DNA from: Mobula hypostoma
Lineage: Eukaryota
Reading direction: 5' to 3'
NCBI RefSeq assembly: GCF_963921235.1
Contig: NC_086108.1
Coordinates: 69,132,001 to 69,196,000 of the forward strand
Length of the DNA stretch: 64,000 nt
The notes beneath the pieces were generated by a model. The model was given only the letters and a program-made list of their open reading frames with translations. It made no database searches and was not told where the DNA came from. Position numbers and translations under genes: made by a program. Shown here one piece after another: positions 62,860 through 64,000 of this stretch (positions within the stretch are counted from its first letter, which is position 1; the number at the start of each line of letters is the position of its first letter).

Positions 62860-64000
62860 AATGTCAGTAGAAGGCCATGGGCATTGTGTACGTGGATTGT
62901 GTACGTGGATTTCGTCAAAGGGACTTTGGTTCACAAGGTTAAATTGCTTGGCATTCAGGATAAAATAGTAAATTAGATTCAACATTGGTGTAACAGGAGA
63001 AGCCAGAGAATAATAGTAGGTGATTGCCTCTCTGACTGGAAACTCGTAACTAATGGTGTGCTGCAGGGATCAGTGCCAGGTCCAATATTGCTTATCATCT
63101 ATATCAGGGCTTGCAAACCGTTTTATGCCATGGACCAATAGCATCAGGCAAGGGGTCCGTGGCTTCCAAGTTGAGAACCCTTGATTTATATTAATGATTT
63201 AGATGATGAGGTGGTAAACTGCATCAGGAAATTTGAGAATGACACCAAAATTGGAGCGTAGTCGACAGTGAGTATGGCAATCAAAGCTTGCAAAGTGATC
63301 TGGACTGGCTGGAAAAACAGTCTGAAACATGGCAGATGGAATTTAATGCAGACAAGTATGAGGTGTTCACTTTGGGAGGACAAACCAGAGTAAGACTTGC
63401 ACACTGGATGGTAGGACACTGAGGTGTGTGGTGGAACAAAGGGACAGGAATTACTGATCCATAATTCCTTGAAAGTGACATCACAGGTGGTTAAGGTCAT
63501 AAGGAGAGCTTTTTGGCGCTATGGCCTTCATAACTCAGAGAACAGTACAGGAGTTGAGACGTTATGCTGAATTTGAATAGGATGCTGGTGAAGCCCAATT
63601 TGGAGTATCGTGCAGTTCTGGTCACCTACTGATGGGACAGATATCAAAAGCCCTGGAAGAGTGCAGAGAAAGTTTGCAAAGATTTTGCCAGAACTTAAGG
63701 ACCTGAGTTACAGGGATAGGTTGAATAGGTTAGATTTTATTCCCCTGAGTGCAGGAGAATGAGGGGAGATCATATAGCGGTATACAAAATTATGAGGGAT
63801 GTATGTAGGGTGAATAAATTTGATCCCCTAAAATTCCCCTTAAATATTTCACCTCTCATCTTAAACCTATGACCTCTAGTTGTAGTCTCACACCGTAGGG
63901 GAAAAAGCCTGCATCACTCAGGTGGTAGTGAGAGTGTGTAATGAATGGAAGTATGAGACACAGATTCAGTTGTAATATTTAAGAGAAATTTGGAAAATAC
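62860..64000 (+). mobile_element. Degraded CR1 RT region with a small hAT-like MITE at ~63105-63183
   Basis: GVLQGSV..INDLD and DDTK-like remnants; a CAGGGC..AACCCTTG insert. Confidence 0.7.

Overview
Eukaryotic, repeat-dense vertebrate genomic DNA. The repeat complement (CR1, Rex/L2-like and RTE-like LINEs, Penelope-like elements, V-SINE/HE1-like SINEs) suggests a cartilaginous fish, probably a ray; this is inference. Almost all ORFs in the track are retroelement fragments or noise. Reading splice sites directly shows a multi-exon + strand gene that the ORF track misses. It starts at a CpG-rich promoter near 7.55-7.7 kb and runs past the window end. The joined exons stay in frame for about 340 aa. 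They encode a short N-terminus with no obvious signal peptide, one Notch-type EGF domain, one TM helix with a juxtamembrane Cys cluster, a tail with TxYxxI and NPF motifs, and then at least five phase-1 exons ending in (S/G)PCP. These repeat exons arose by tandem duplication of ~3.2 kb exon+intron units, and three carry LC8/DYNLL-like xQTD motifs. I do not recognise the gene. The introns hold many Penelope-derived termini with minimal hammerhead ribozymes (one intact), a solo LTR, nested MITEs and two long inverted repeats.
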